Below, piece by piece: positions 11,534-25,050 of a stretch of 64,000 nt of DNA. The translations under genes and the position numbers were made by a program. This stretch comes from Octopus sinensis. Lineage: Eukaryota. The DNA is taken from NCBI RefSeq assembly GCF_006345805.1, contig NC_043014.1, positions 29,760,001 to 29,824,000 of the forward strand. Reading direction: 5' to 3'. The stretch's first letter is position 1. Each line of letters begins with the position of its first letter. The notes under the pieces are model-generated. The model searched no databases, was not told the origin of the DNA, and saw nothing but the letters and a program-made list of their open reading frames with translations.

Positions 11534-12511
11534 CATCATCATCATCATCGTTTAACGTCCGCTTTCCATGCTAGCATGGGTTGGACGGTTCAACTGGGGT
11601 CTGGGGAGCCCGAAGGCTGCACCAGGCCAGTCAGATCTGGCAGTGTTTCTACAGCTGGATGCCCTTCCTAACGCCAACCACTCCGAGAGTGTAGTGGGTA
11701 ATTTTATGTGCCACCGACACAGGTGCCAGACAAGGCTGGCGAACGGCCACGCTCGGATGGTGTTTTTATGTGCCACCGACACAGTGCCAGACGAGGCTGG
11801 CAGACGGCCACGCTCGGATGGTGTTTTTATGTGCCACCGACACAGGTGCCAGACGAGGCTGGCAGACGGCCACGCTCGGATGGTGTTTTTATGTGCCACC
11901 GACACAGGTGCCAGACGGCCACGCTCGGATGGTGTTTTTATGTGCCACCGACACAGGTGCCAGACGAGGCTGGCAGACGGCCACGCTCGAATGGTGTTTT
12001 TATGTGCCACCGACACAGGTGCCAGACGGGGCTGGCAGACAGCCACGCTCGGATGGTGTTTTTATGTGCCACCGACACAGGTGCCAGACGAGGCTGGCAG
12101 ACGGCCACGCTCGGACGGTGTTTGTTACGTGCCCACAGCACGGAGGCCAGTCGATGCGGTACTGGCTACGGTCCCGTTCGGATGGTTTTCTTATGTGCCA
12201 CCGGCACTGGTACCACAAGGATACAAATTCCATTGATGTTCATCTATTTTGATTTGGTTTGACTTGATTCGATTTGACTTTGATTTGATTTGCCTCAACA
12301 GGTCTTCTCAAGTGTCACAAGCAGGAAGGTATGCACAGGCGGACTGACTACGTCCCAGGTAGGGGCCACGGGTTATGGCTTCACTAGTCTTGCCGGGTCT
12401 TCTCACGCACAGCATACTTCCATAGGTCTCGGTCTCTGGTCATTTCCATGGTGAGACTTAATGTTCGAAGGTCGTGCTTCACCACCCCGTCCCAGGTTTT
12501 CCTGGGTCTAC
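11534..12511 (-). mobile_element. 5'-truncated RTE LINE 3' end with tandemly expanded 3' UTR
   Basis: Minus strand encodes RPRKTWDGVVKHDLRTLSLTMEMTRDRDLWKYAVREKTRQD*. The 3' UTR has about 7 copies of a ~59-bp module and ends in GGACGTTAAACGATGATGATG. Confidence 0.9.
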
Positions 12512-12939
12512 AATACAAACCAATAAAATACTTTTTATTAGGCAGACTACAATGTCAGTAAGAATTTTTATGACACAAGTTGTCTTATCAAAGTGCAATA
12601 CCATTTTAGTTACAAGAGATGTGTAGTTATAGTGGTGGAGGTGATCAGAAGTACATAATGGTGAGTCAAGGAAAAGTAGTCCAGGGAAGAGAAAGAGATA
12701 ACATGTCATACAAAAAGGCTGATAAATGAAAAATGTGATTGAAGAGGGACAATGTTAAGAATGAAGAGTGGTTCTAGTTGTACAAGAAATAACTGGTAGC
12801 ACAGCAAAAGAGGATAAAATTTGAAGTTCTGCTAATTTTATTACAACAGCAGAATACTACAGTAGTTAAGAGAGTAATAGAGTGATCAATGATGGGCATG
12901 TAAGGGATTGGTGCAGAAGGTTTTACAGGTGCCAAGTTG

Positions 12940-14420
12940 TGTGTACTCACATTACACTTTCAGAATCTCAGTTTTCCCATGATAGGTAGGTTTTCTTGAG
13001 TATTGTGTATTTCTATACAGTGCTCTGGTCCTCTGTCATTTCTTCCATGAAGTTTGAAATCCTGAGATCAGCCTTCCCTATTTTGTTCTACATCTTCCTG
13101 GGTCACCTTCATCCATAAACTACATCCAGATTAAATGATCAGAACTTCATTATATAGCTGCTCTCATATATATGCATTACATCTTCTCTCTTGCACACTT
13201 TTGTTGCACATCCAAGAGAACATTCTAGCTTCATTTCCTTCTAGTTTTTGCATATCTCTGCATTCAGAACCTCTGTTTTACTGCAATGTGGCATTGAAGT
13301 TCATATGCAAGCATCATACAATCTGCTTTTCATTTTGAGAACAAACAGATATAAAAATTCTCTGAACTTTATCTAACCTGTTCTTTTTCTAGCAGCTTTG
13401 CTTTTGGAATAACCTTCTTCACTACTAATTAGGTTACTCAGTGAACAGAAGCTACCTACTATGTCTAGGGATCCTCCTAAGCAATTGACAAAGTCCCTTA
13501 TCCATGCATTCTTAGTGTTTATTACTCCTTTGCATCTAATACCATTGTATCACCTTGTGTGTCCTTAATTTGCATTAGGTACACTATAGAGTTTTTCCTG
13601 GTGGAAGCAGAAGGCTCTCAGTTTTCCTATTTACTAAAACCTAAGTTTTTGCTAAGTTAATTTTCACGCCTTTTGATTCCAGGTTTTGTTTTGGCACCTG
13701 GAATTTCTTTTCTAATTCTACTACAGATTCAGCTAGAATAACAAAGTCCTTGGCATAAAGAAGTTCACTCAACCAATCAGTCTTAAATTTGTGTTATGGT
13801 CAGGATGCCCCCCTCCTGTTCCTATGCAGAAAGGGAGGGGACTGAAAAATAAATGCTGATGAACTACCTATACCTGAAACTCATCATTTTGTTAACTCTG
13901 ACCTTACTATTGGCATTCTTGTGCATGGCTTCTATGGCTCTCGCAAACTATTCATCTATTCCTAAACCTCTTCAGTAACCACCAGATAACAGTGCAAAGG
14001 GCCCTGTCAGTGGCTTACTTTAAGCTAAATACTTCTGCAGTTCTCTCACAAGGAATATGGCATCCATAGTACTTTTCCTGACACAAAACTGAACTTCATT
14101 TCATTCAGTCTCACTAATTAATGAAGTTATATAACTGTAACTTTCATGACCTAGTCCAACAATTTGATACCTCTGTAATTTCTCCTGTCTAAGATATCCC
14201 CTTTACTCTTGTAACAGTTGACTATGATGCTGTTATGCTAGTTGATGAACTTCAAGCCCCTGACAGCTGATAATCTAATTAAGCTACACTGCTAATCCAG
14301 ATATACCACACATGGTTAGAGTATACATTTCCTCTTGGCTGTGAAGACTATAACCTACTCACATTCGTTACATAAATATCATTTGTAACCTGGCTTTATG
14401 AAATCTTTCCTCCATGCATC
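12940..14420 (-). mobile_element. Degenerate RTE LINE (RT domain)
   Basis: Minus-strand ELLYAKDFVILAESVVELEKKFQVPKQNLESKG and SIIVNCYKSKGDILDRRNYRGIKLLD are RTE RT motifs. Confidence 0.8.
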
Positions 14421-14604
14421 CGCACATAATTGTTGTCACTAACATATTCACACTGTAAAGAATGATGACTAATTGACTGATCAGCATCAACATCTTGTGG
14501 ATACCATGACATTCTTCCAATGTAAAAAACAGGTTTTTACTAAATATACCATCTTGCTGAATATTGATAAAGTGACACCAATATTTTGTTATACGTAGAC
14601 TTCA

Positions 14605-17600
14605 TCACCACTGTTTAACATCCATTTCCCTTGCTGGCATGGGTTGGACAATTCAAAAGGAACTAATGAACCAGAAGACCGCTAACCACTTTACAGAGTA
14701 TACCAGGTACTTTTTTCATGGCAATGGCACTTATGTCATCATGTAATCTGCAACACAAGACAATACTACATCCTTACTCATTTGAGTAGGTGTGTAGTAT
14801 TGAGAGCAGTGGCTTTATACCAGGTATTGAGAGGTTAAAGTATGATAGAAGGACAGGAATGGGTATCTTGCTAGAAAGGAGATATATGACTACACCTGCT
14901 GGAAAGTCAGAACAGAGATGGTAAGGGCCTTCTCTGAAGGTACAAGGCAAATATAGGAGAGAGAATAAGAAAAGATTGGAAAGAGTAAGTTGGCACATTT
15001 GTGACTGATGGTTTGAAATGTGGATAGAGGTGGATGTAGTGAATGGGGAATACAAATTGAGATATAGTCAATGATAAATATCAGTTTGGGAGTCAGGAAT
15101 GAAGGAATAGGAGCAGGTTAGGGAGAGGAGGTGATAAGTGACAGTAATAGGGTGATGATGTGAAGTGTTAGAGGGTAAATGGTACATTTACAGCATCTGG
15201 GTGTTAGAAAATGAGTTGTTGAGGTAAACTTGTCAGAACCACATTTTTGCTGTGAGGAACAAGTTTTCTCAAATAAAGAATATCACCAATCATCTCAGTC
15301 TTTTGCCATTTTCCTGTGTGAGGTTGAACATCTTTAGATCAGTCTTCACTACTTCATCCCGTTTTACTGGACTTCCCTCTTTTAAAGATTCCACCCCATT
15401 TAGCAATTGGTATTCTTTAAGCAATTATCCTCGTCCATATGCATCACATGATCATAACAGTGCAGTATTCCCTTTTGCACACCACATATGATATCTCTTA
15501 TGCCTAACTTTTCTCTCAACACATCAGTACTTTGTTGTACTGATGTTGCACATACTGTAGAAAATGCAAGTTTCATTTCTTTCTATACCTTTTCATGTCC
15601 CAAGATTCACAACCATGTAGCATATTCTCTGTCTTTCACTATGAGAAAGAAATTTTTTGTTACCAACAGAGCTAACAGCTTTGAACTTTCTCCAGCTATT
15701 TCTTATTTTAGCAGCTTAGAACATCTGCCTCCATGCTAAGGTCCTAGATTACAGAAACTATCTACAACTTCTAAAGATCTTTCTGTGTTCTTTGTATTTA
15801 TTGCTGCTCCTATGTATCTGCCACAAAGTCTACTTTTTCTGTTAATCTTCCTGTAATTCCACTGCACCTCTTATGTGTAGTTTGCACTGGGTACACCTTA
15901 TTGAATTTCTGTCTATACCTTTTCTACATATCAAACAGGGCAATTTTCCTTAAAGGATTGTCTGTTTTCTTGTTTCCTAGAACTTTAGTCATTGCTAACT
16001 TCAAGGCTCTTTGATTCCAGGTTTTGCCTCCACACCTGGAACTTCTTTGCTAATTCAACTTTAGATTCTACTATAAAAATAAGGTCATCAGCATAGAGGA
16101 GTTTGGGTAACCAGTCTCAAACTCTTCCATTATGGCCTGGGGGACTATGAGAAATAGGAGGGGACCTCAGAACTGAGCCCCTACCTGACAGCACCCCTAT
16201 CCGTGTCATGAATGACTCTCACCAACCATTCATCTGCGTCTAGCTTTCACTGTTGCCACCAGATCAGGGAGCAAAGGACTTTGTCAAAGGCTTTCTCCAG
16301 AGGGAAAGGTGATAAGTACAGTGGTTTACTTTGGGCTAAATATATTTCCTGAAGTTGTTTTACTAAAGAGAGAGCATTACTGGAACTTCTTTCCGGCACT
16401 AAATCAAGCTGCATTTCATCTAGGCTCCCTTCCTAATTAATTCAGTTGTCACAGTCTCCAAAGCTTTCATGACCTAGCCCAGCAATTTGATATGTCTGAA
16501 ATTACTTTTCTAAGACATCTCCTTTACTCCTGTAGTGGTTGACTATGATGCTGCTACACCAGTTTTGGGGTACGATTCCTTCCCCTATAATCTGTTAACT
16601 ATTTAGGTGACTAAGCTGTATGTTTTAAACATCTCACTTGTAATTTCTGATGGACCAGAAGCTTTCCTTGTCTTCATATCTTTAATTGCTTCATCTATCA
16701 TACTGCTGTCAACTAGAATATTTGTTCCCTCCATCTGGTTTACACTTAAAAGACACCTTTTCATTCATTCACAACATTTAGTAGCCTTTTATCATGGTAA
16801 TTCCATGTCTCTTTCCAGAAGCACTAAGTACAAGCATAGCATTATGCATCCATATAGACTTCTCTCCTACAACACCTTGATTTTCTTTGAGATTACCACC
16901 TTGCACTCCAGAGAATCTCATACCTCTGGTCCTCAAGCCACAGAACACTGGCAAACTTTTTTTTTTCTTTCACTAAATATACCTGTATATTAGTTTCTTT
17001 TCTAAACTACCTAGTATTGTTTTGTGCTATCCCCTGTCTTCCAATCCTTACAAGTCTCTCCTTTAGCTGGAAGTTTGCTTCAGTCACAAATTTGGTCTTT
17101 AGTCCTCTTTCTATCTCTAAGTCTAAAATTAATAACTAGTAACCTGTTTCACCAGGAAAAGTGAATCTGGCTTGTGTGCCCACTAGATTATAGGTGATAA
17201 GGTGGCTGGTATGTTTTTTAAAGTTAGTGTTGCAGATCAACAAATTATTTGCCTCTCGGAACTCCAGCAGCCTTATTCTTCCATTTCTAGTTTGAATTCC
17301 ATAACTTTCATGTACACTGAGTGCTTCCCAGCATGTCTGTTGAAGTCACCAGCTATGGTAATGAGTCCATTGTCATTTGTCATTCAGGTAAACTGCAGAA
17401 GGGCCTTATAGCAACAGTTGTTTTGTTAATCTGCTTGTACAGTTTGTGGAGCATATGCTGAGATGAATGTTACTGTTGCATTATCTAATACTTGTCTTAA
17501 TTTAACAATCTTATCATGCACTATGACTTTTCTCTGCCAAAAGTATGCCTACACCACCCATGCTATCACTGCTAACTACCCAGAAGAATTTGTGCCTTTG

Positions 17601-17750
17601 TTCCTTACTCATGAGGAATGTAATAGAGGCTCTCCTCCATCTTACTTCCTGCACACAGCACACATCTGCATGACTGCTGTAACATTTCAACAATCTCACT
17701 GGACCTACCTTTCATTGTGCCAACATTGATCATGATGGCTTTAAGGATAT
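14605..17750 (-). mobile_element. Decayed, internally deleted RTE LINE spanning APE endonuclease, RT and 3' UTR
   Basis: APE N-terminus INVGTMKGRS..HADVCCVQEVRWR...GGVGILLAEK (17514-17730); RT KLLYADDLIFIVESKVELAKKFQVW (~16030-16110); C-terminal motif ~15300-15400; tail near 14605. Confidence 0.8.
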
Positions 17751-18117
17751 GAACTGTGGAAGAGGTGGAGACAGGAATTGGAGTATTGTTTTCAGCTTCT
17801 GATAAGAAGGCTTATGCAAATACCTACCTGTATGCAGTGAGTATTTATACATGTCCAGTGCAATAGGTGTTTATTGCTCAATGGATTACACATTCCCTCA
17901 ATCCACCAAATCTTCAGAGCAAGCAGAAGAGAGAGGAGCAGCAATGGTGAGTCTTTATGTGCACATACATACTCCACATATATTTTATATATGGATGCAA
18001 GCATATATGTGCATCCTTACATATACACATGAATAACATATAAATCTGCACATACATATACCAATATAACCATCCACACAGACACACATATACATCAATG
18101 CATATATGTGTGTGTGT

Positions 18118-18200
18118 GTGTCTTCTGCTATAGTCTTGGGCTGACCAAAGCCTTGTGAGTGGATTTGGTACTCAGAAACTGAAAGAAGCCTGCTGTTTGT
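18118..18200 (+). mobile_element. OR-type SINE internal fragment
   Basis: GTCTTCTGCTATAGTCTTGGGCTGACCAAAGCCTTGTGAGTGGATTTGG...AACTGAAAGAAGCC matches the SINE at 105-477. Confidence 0.75.
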
Positions 18201-18669
18201 GTTTGTGTATGTGTGTGTGTGTGTATATATATATATTTATAAAATTTAGAGGACTGACCACTAAAAAAATGGACAGCCTATATGCTAGATATAGATGTCA
18301 AAATCGCCATTTTCCACGAAGAATGTGTTCTCAAAAAAAAAAAATTCAGCAAGTGGTCAGTCCTCTAAATTTTGTATGTAAAAATTTTTTTAATCTTCAG
18401 ATTTTTTTCAAATATGCTAGGCCACTGGTTTTAATTGATTAATATCAATTTCTACCCTTATTTAATTTATATATATATTTATAATAAGTGTAGATCGTAT
18501 ACGAGTGGGTATATATTTATAAAAAAGAAGTTTGAAAACACCACTATATAAGATAAATTTTAATTTTCTTGAAAAAACGAACCTTATCAAAAATATTTTA
18601 AAAAGTTAAGTGTAATAAAAAAGTTCATAATTGTTTCTTACTGGTCTCAGCAGAATCCACGTGATTGTT

Positions 18670-18880
18670 TTTAGCAGTGACTGTTGGTTGTAGTAGTAGT
18701 AGTAGTAGTAGTAGTAGTAACCGTGGTGGTGGTTGGGGTTGCAGCAGCTCATTGGTTATAGCAGCTTAGCTGTGGTAGCAGCAGCAACAGTGGAGGACTG
18801 TTGATCGTAGTAGTAATAGTAGCGACCATGGTGGTTGTAGTAGTAGTAATAGTAGCAGTAGTCGTGGTGGTAGTGGTAGA
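18670..18880. repeat. Degenerate (GTA)n/(GTG)n/(GCA)n trinucleotide array
   Basis: Direct inspection. Confidence 0.9.
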
Positions 18881-18915
18881 ATTCCATTTTTCTTTTCGGA
18901 AGACCAATGTATTTT

Positions 18916-19385
18916 AATGTTCCTGGCCCAGTGTGTTCAAACTTGGTCCGAATTTTCCAATGAAATAAAGTTCTTTATTTTGGCATTGAGTGAAGGTTAC
19001 GCTGTCACTGAATTTGTAAAGTGGGCAAGTTGTGAATTGGGGAATTTTATTTGAAGCACATCTATATGTCCATTGACTGGTATTTTCCTGTATTCAGGAT
19101 TTCTAATTTGAGATTTATGCACCACCATCCTTTTTCGTAAGCTGTTTTTTGTATGGCCTATATACTGCCTATTGCACCCTGCGCATTTTAAGACGTAAAT
19201 TAAGTTTTCTGATGCACAGGTGAAGTTTGTTCTGATGGTAAACTGATGGCCTTGTTCTAATGTGAATTCTGAACCTTCTACCAAGATGACACAGATTCCG
19301 CAGTTGGGCTTTCCACATTTTCTAACTGCTGGTTTTGTGGTTGTTGTTGAGTGCAGTTTAGCTTGGGTTAAAATCTTTTTTTTTT
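18916..19385 (-). mobile_element. Penelope-like element relic: GIY-YIG endonuclease domain
   Basis: KILTQAKL..RKCGKPNCGIC..FTCASENLIYVLKCAGCNRQYIGHTKNSLRKRMVVH..GHI, then after one frameshift ELYFIGKFGPSLN; related to the domain at ~55550-55950. Confidence 0.85.
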
Positions 19386-19397
19386 AAGGATTTTGGT

Positions 19398-19429
<32 letters not shown>

Positions 19430-19994
19430 TACATACATATATATCTGCTAGTGCCTTCAAAGATTCAGTATCCAAAGTTATATATATTTTTTTTTTAAAT
19501 ATAACAAAGACAGTATCTTTGTTTACATTTCTATAAGTTCTGTCACTTGAATCCTTTATGTCGTACTTTTCTTGAAATCACATTTTCACAATTTTTCTTT
19601 AACCTTATAAGTCACAGGTCAGAACCAAACAGTGATATTTTCCTTCAACATCATCAGCATTTGTGTAACTTCTTGATTGTACTTTTATTTTCATAAACTT
19701 TTTTCTCTCTCTTATATAACATGAAAGAACATTTGCTTTCAATAGCTTTTTTTTTTTGTTATTTCTATGTCAAAGTGATCGTAGAGCAACATGAAATGGT
19801 GTGTTCTGCTCAAGAATACAGTGCATTGCCTAGTTCAGGAATCAAAAGCATGGTTTTATGATCATAAGTGCAACTCCATAAACCATTAGGCTACATGCCT
19901 TCATATTATTACATACACACACGTATTTGTTCATACATCTATATACATGTAAATGTATATATTTATCTGTATTAATATTTTTTTTATTCATTCT

Positions 19995-21960
19995 GCTTGT
20001 TTCACCCAGTGGTTGTGGCCATGATGGAGTGCTGCCTTTGGTGCAGTTGTTAGTTCATATCATTTCACTTCCATGGCCTTTGATTTTGGTGAATGGGAGA
20101 GTTGGGTCAACACTACACTTTTTGTGTTTTTTGCCATGATAAGGCAATTTTTTTCAATATCAACTCATTACTCTGGATGGAGAAGGTGAAACCCTTTGGT
20201 ACTATATAGTTGCTTCCAGTTTAGAATTTGGCATAGCTTTCAATCCCAAATGTTGGCACTAGACTATTCATAATCTTGTGAAACTGTCCTACCCATGCTA
20301 TCATGGAAGGTGGATGTTAAACGACGATGATTATGATGATCACTGCATATCAGTCATGTCTTTATTCCAAGAAGTAAAGCTTCAGTTCTATTTGTCTCTT
20401 TCTGTAGTTTTGGTGTAACTAGTGTTGGATTTTCATGTGCTCCATTATTTGTTTGATGCTATATGGTAACCATAACTTGAAGCAATAATTCAAGGAAATG
20501 TAAACAGTTGTTCTCTCCAGGACCAACATGGTTTCTTTCCTTTCTTGTTTTGAAACTTCTCAGGATCTAACCAGCCAGTCGCCTGCACATTTCTGTTGTC
20601 TTAATATTACGGAAACAGAATCATGCATTATTACTCATGAGGATTCCTAGGTCATGCACTGATTTTGACTGTGTAATTTGGTTATGATTTGTTAGCAGAG
20701 CACTTGAAGCTTTTGAGCATTGTACTGCTTTCTTCAGCCCAGTTATATATTGTACTTATGTTTCACTGTAGGTTTGTAACATTGTCGGGATTCTCAATTG
20801 CCTGTGATACTTTTGTACTGTCAACATTGGTGGTGAGAGGCTGACTGTGTTTCATTGCAAGTTTCAGAGAGTAATGGTTCCAGTACAATTCCCTGAGGGA
20901 TTTTGCTTGCAATTGGTATCTCCTCAAAGAGAGAACCTGTCAATGCAACAGCCTGACTCCTACCTTTTAGAATGTCATGCTGTCACTCAGTTTGTAACAT
21001 CATTCCACAGTTGACTTCATGAAAGGCTTTCACAAAATCAAGATGTATCACTACAACATTTGAATGGTTGAGCTGCTGCTTCAGTACCCAGTTGTAATAC
21101 TGTGGGAGCTGTCTGAAGTAGCTTCTTTATGGATTAAAACTATACTGCATATCAGAGATTTTTTTTCTAGGAATGTAATCTAATTCCCTCTCACAATGTG
21201 TTCCATGATTTTCCTGATGTGTGAGGTCAAAGAAAGAGGCCTGTCATTATATAACTACTGTTCTTTTTCTTTTATGGATAGAATGTATACCCTAGTTCAA
21301 TTCTGGGGGATGTTTAGTACATACAAAGAACCGCAGTATCTGTAGTGTTTTAGCTTAAGCCTTCTTGGATGTTTTTAAAAAACTTGCTGGAAACCCTTAG
21401 GACCTGTTGCTGAGTTCAAGCTCATGTCATTAATGTATTACAATATATTACATCCTCCTTTTTTATGTTGATGTAGTCAATGGTTGTCACTTCCTTGTGA
21501 AGAGCTGGGATGTTGAAGAACTGATCTGGCCTGTTATTTGCATATCTCCCAGCATGGCAGTGGAAATACTTTGGAATTTTTATCCGGTATTTCACTTAAA
21601 CTTTTGGGGTTTGCAGTTCGTAAGCTATTTCCTTCAATTAATGGCTCTATATTGTAATGCGCACTGATGGATTCATTAGCAAATTTGTGACTGACCTTTG
21701 GGTTCATTTGATATTTTTTCAGCTGCCTTGGTTTCCCTACCTCTCTTCTTTGCACTAGGGAATTTGAATTAATTTGCAATCTCTGAAAGTGTCCTTAAAT
21801 GGGATTCCTCGCTCTCTTTAAATTCCATCAAAAAATATAACAGTTACCTAAGTGGAGTTAGCTCTTTTGAACCCTGAAGAAATCCAACCATAAAATAGTA
21901 TGAATGTGGCAATTTTCTTGACATTAAATAACATGTTTTGGACATCCCCAACTACTTTTT
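19995..21960 (-). mobile_element. Old degenerate CR1-group LINE copy (same lineage as 38240-42960)
   Basis: Recognisable similarity to the 38.3-39.9 kb RT region, LVPTFGIESY motif near 20230-20270, and a tail GGCAGCACTCCATCATGGCCACA near 20000-20040. Confidence 0.65.
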
Positions 21961-23592
21961 GGTTTGACAGAAACATATATTTAGCTTTTTTTTCTTAACT
22001 TCTTTTGAGCTTTCAACTTCCAATTTACTTGTAATGTTTTTGAAAAAAAAAAAGTCATCTTTCTACAACATGCAAATAAATCAGTAATTACATCCATTTA
22101 TTCTCTATTTTCGTCTTGTTTTTCCCTCAATGTATGTGTATATATATGTATTTGTATATTATTGACAATCCAATAATTTATTTATATTATAATATACTAT
22201 GAATATAACATAAACAATTATTTTTTTTTAAAAACCATAAAAGGCCAACAAATTGTTTCAACTTATATTTAATTTATCTTTATAATTGCATTATATCAAT
22301 ATCTATATGGTGTTCAACTGACGCACCAGTGAATTGGATGTTTAACACACCCCTTTGAAAGATCTCTTTTCCTCAGTTTGTTACTTTATATATATATATA
22401 TATATATATATAAGAAAATGAAGAAACAATTTAGTTGGTTCATCGGCTTTTGGATATTAGAATGTTGACTTATTTATTTAACAAAAACGAGAGCCTTAAT
22501 AACATACATACATACATACATACATTATAATTCAATACATATAAGATAAGAATACAATTATAAAAATTTTAATATATATTATTGAAATCATTAAAATCAC
22601 TCTTACAGCTGTTTCAGCCTATGGGAAAAAAGTAGTTTTTTACAGCGCCTACAGTTGTCAATTATATCGAGGTTGTAGGCATTTAAAAATAGGGTACTTA
22701 TCTTGTCAGAGATTATAAAGAACTTCAAAAATATAAATACATGAAACAGGATACATGTACAATTTAATATATATAAATATAAACAAATATCCATACATAC
22801 ACACACACACACACATATAAACATATTTAGACCAGGGTTGTTACAATATTGTTCTTCTTCATATACACGAGTCCATGCGTATGGGCAACATGTACATATA
22901 TATACATATGTACAAATATACACCAATATCTATATGAGGATTTTTTTTTCCTTTCGTTACAGTTAAATTATAAGTATATGCTTATCCATCGATAAAATAT
23001 CATTTCACAGAATATTTTTACAGAATATTTCATAAGAAAACATTCATTAAGATATAATAGATAAGCTATAAGAGCCATGTTATATATTAATATTTTAGAG
23101 TTTTAAAACTATTGGGGGTTAGGGAGCGATTATTTTTAATCATAAGCTATATCTAATTGGTTAACAAATTTGAATTTCTACGTCTCAGTTATTGTTAGTT
23201 AATAGAAGACTGAATGATTAAGTAAATATACTGTGATAATCTCTCATACTTACAATGTATATCCTTAAATTAACTTTCAAATATTAATCGTAAACAAAGA
23301 ATTCTTATGATAAGCAATACAAGTGTAAGTTAATACATGAATATTTATCTACAAAATTTAATAAAGCATATAGAATTTCAACCATATGTTATATAGATTT
23401 TATATATATGTATATACACACATATGCACATATAAACATACATACACACATACATATGCAAAAGTAAATATATCCGCGCACATATAAAAATACAACTATA
23501 CATACAACTAACTACACAGGTAAATATATATCCTAATTTAAATATATAAATACACATGTATCTACATAAGTATAAGCTAGACTACACATGCG

Positions 23593-23624
<32 letters not shown>

Positions 23625-23745
23625 CACACACACACATTCACCTACCTATAATACCTAATATACATAATTAATAACTGAAAACAATAACTGAAAACTTATA
23701 CATACATATGCACATATATATATACATATATCTACACATACATAC

Positions 23746-23780
<35 letters not shown>

Positions 23781-23884
23781 AACATATGTTAAATGATGAT
23801 GATATACATATATAAATCATCTTCTTCTTTAGAGGTCCATTGGTGCCTTTGAGTGGCACTTCAGGCAGTCAGTAACTGTCAGTT

Positions 23885-24470
23885 ATCTCTGTCTCTCGCC
23901 AACCGGTATGCTTCTTCCCAGGTGATGTTCAGTCTGTATAGTCCTTCTTTGAAGGTACTATACCATGTTTCTTTTTCTCTTACCTTCCAACAGCATTCAG
24001 CCCATAGCTGTTTTAGCAAGCCTCTCCTCTAGCAGTCTTAGTATGTGTCCAGTAATTTTCATTCATCATTCGGTTACTCTTGCTGCTTGAAGAATGGCTT
24101 CATTTGTCACTCTGTCTCGATAAGTGATTCTTAGGGTTTTTCGGAGGTACTCTGATGAAATACTTTGAATTGGCAGATGATTTTTGCTTTCATCTTCCAA
24201 GTTTTAGCTGCATAGATCACTATTGGCAGTATTGTTGTTTTGTACAGACAAATCTTCAGCTCTATACTTACGTTACTGCTACACCAAAGTGCTGTCAGTC
24301 TTCTGAATACTGCCACTGCCTTGCCAGTTCTCAAACTTACATCTGTCCCTGCATCACTGTTGCTTGTTACAATGCTTTCCATATATGTGAAGCTTATAAC
24401 TTCTTCAACTGGTTCTTGTCCAACTTTCACTGGTACACCTTCTACTTGTTTCCCAATTTGCATTACCTTC
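23885..24470 (-). mobile_element. RTE-clade LINE 3' fragment (second family)
   Basis: ORF 24131-24463: FTYMESIVTSNS..DVSLRTGKAVAVFRRL..LW....SIELKICLYKTTILPIVIYAAKTW, typical RTE thumb/C-terminal region. Confidence 0.8.
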
Positions 24471-24477
24471 GTTTTAT

Positions 24478-25050
24478 ATCATCATCTGCTTTCTATGCTG
24501 GCATGAGTTAGGTGGTTTGACTGAAACTGGTAAGCTGGTGAGCTCACCAGGTTCCAATCTGATTTGGTTTGGCTTCTATGGCTGGATGCCTTTCCTAACA
24601 CCAACCACTCCAAGAGTGTAATGGGTGCTTTTTACATGCCATTGATGCGGGTGCCGACTGGCTTCTGTGCCGGTAGCACATAAAAAGCACCATCCAAACG
24701 TGGCTGATGCCAGCGCCGCCCCGACTGGCTTCTGTGCCAGTGGCACATAAAAAGCACCATCCGAACGTTGCCAGCACCGCCTTGGCTGGCTTCCATGCCG
24801 CTGGCACGTTAAAAGCTCCAACCAATCGTGGACAATGCCAGACCCCCCCCCCCCCGGCACCTGTGCAGGTGGCACGTAAAAAGCACCCACTACACTCGCG
24901 GAGTGGTTGGCGTTAGGAAGGGCATCCAGCCGTAGAAACTCTGCCAGATCAAACTGGAGCCTGGAGCAGCTCCTGGCTTCCCAGACCCCGGTCGAACCGT
25001 CCAACCCGTGCTAGCGCGGAAAACGGACGTTAAACGATGATGATGATGAT
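24478..25050. mobile_element. Two RTE 3'-tail/SINE-like units joined head-to-head (inverted)
   Basis: The left unit reads as a minus-strand tail (ATCATCATC..., 24478-24640). The right unit is a plus-strand tail ending AAACGGACGTTAAACGATGATGATG (25020-25050). They join within palindromic GTGCC..GGCAC modules. Confidence 0.8.

Noticed and set aside
11700-12180. CRISPR-like repeat/spacer appearance (palindromic repeats at regular spacing; also 24650-24890 and 52185-52800)
   Set aside because: The intervening segments are homologous to each other, the arrays lie inside eukaryotic RTE 3' UTRs, and no cas genes are present.
11552-12262. Overlapping 160-222 aa repetitive ORFs on both strands
   Set aside because: Products of the GC-rich tandem array in an RTE 3' UTR; they are open in many frames at once and show no protein motif.
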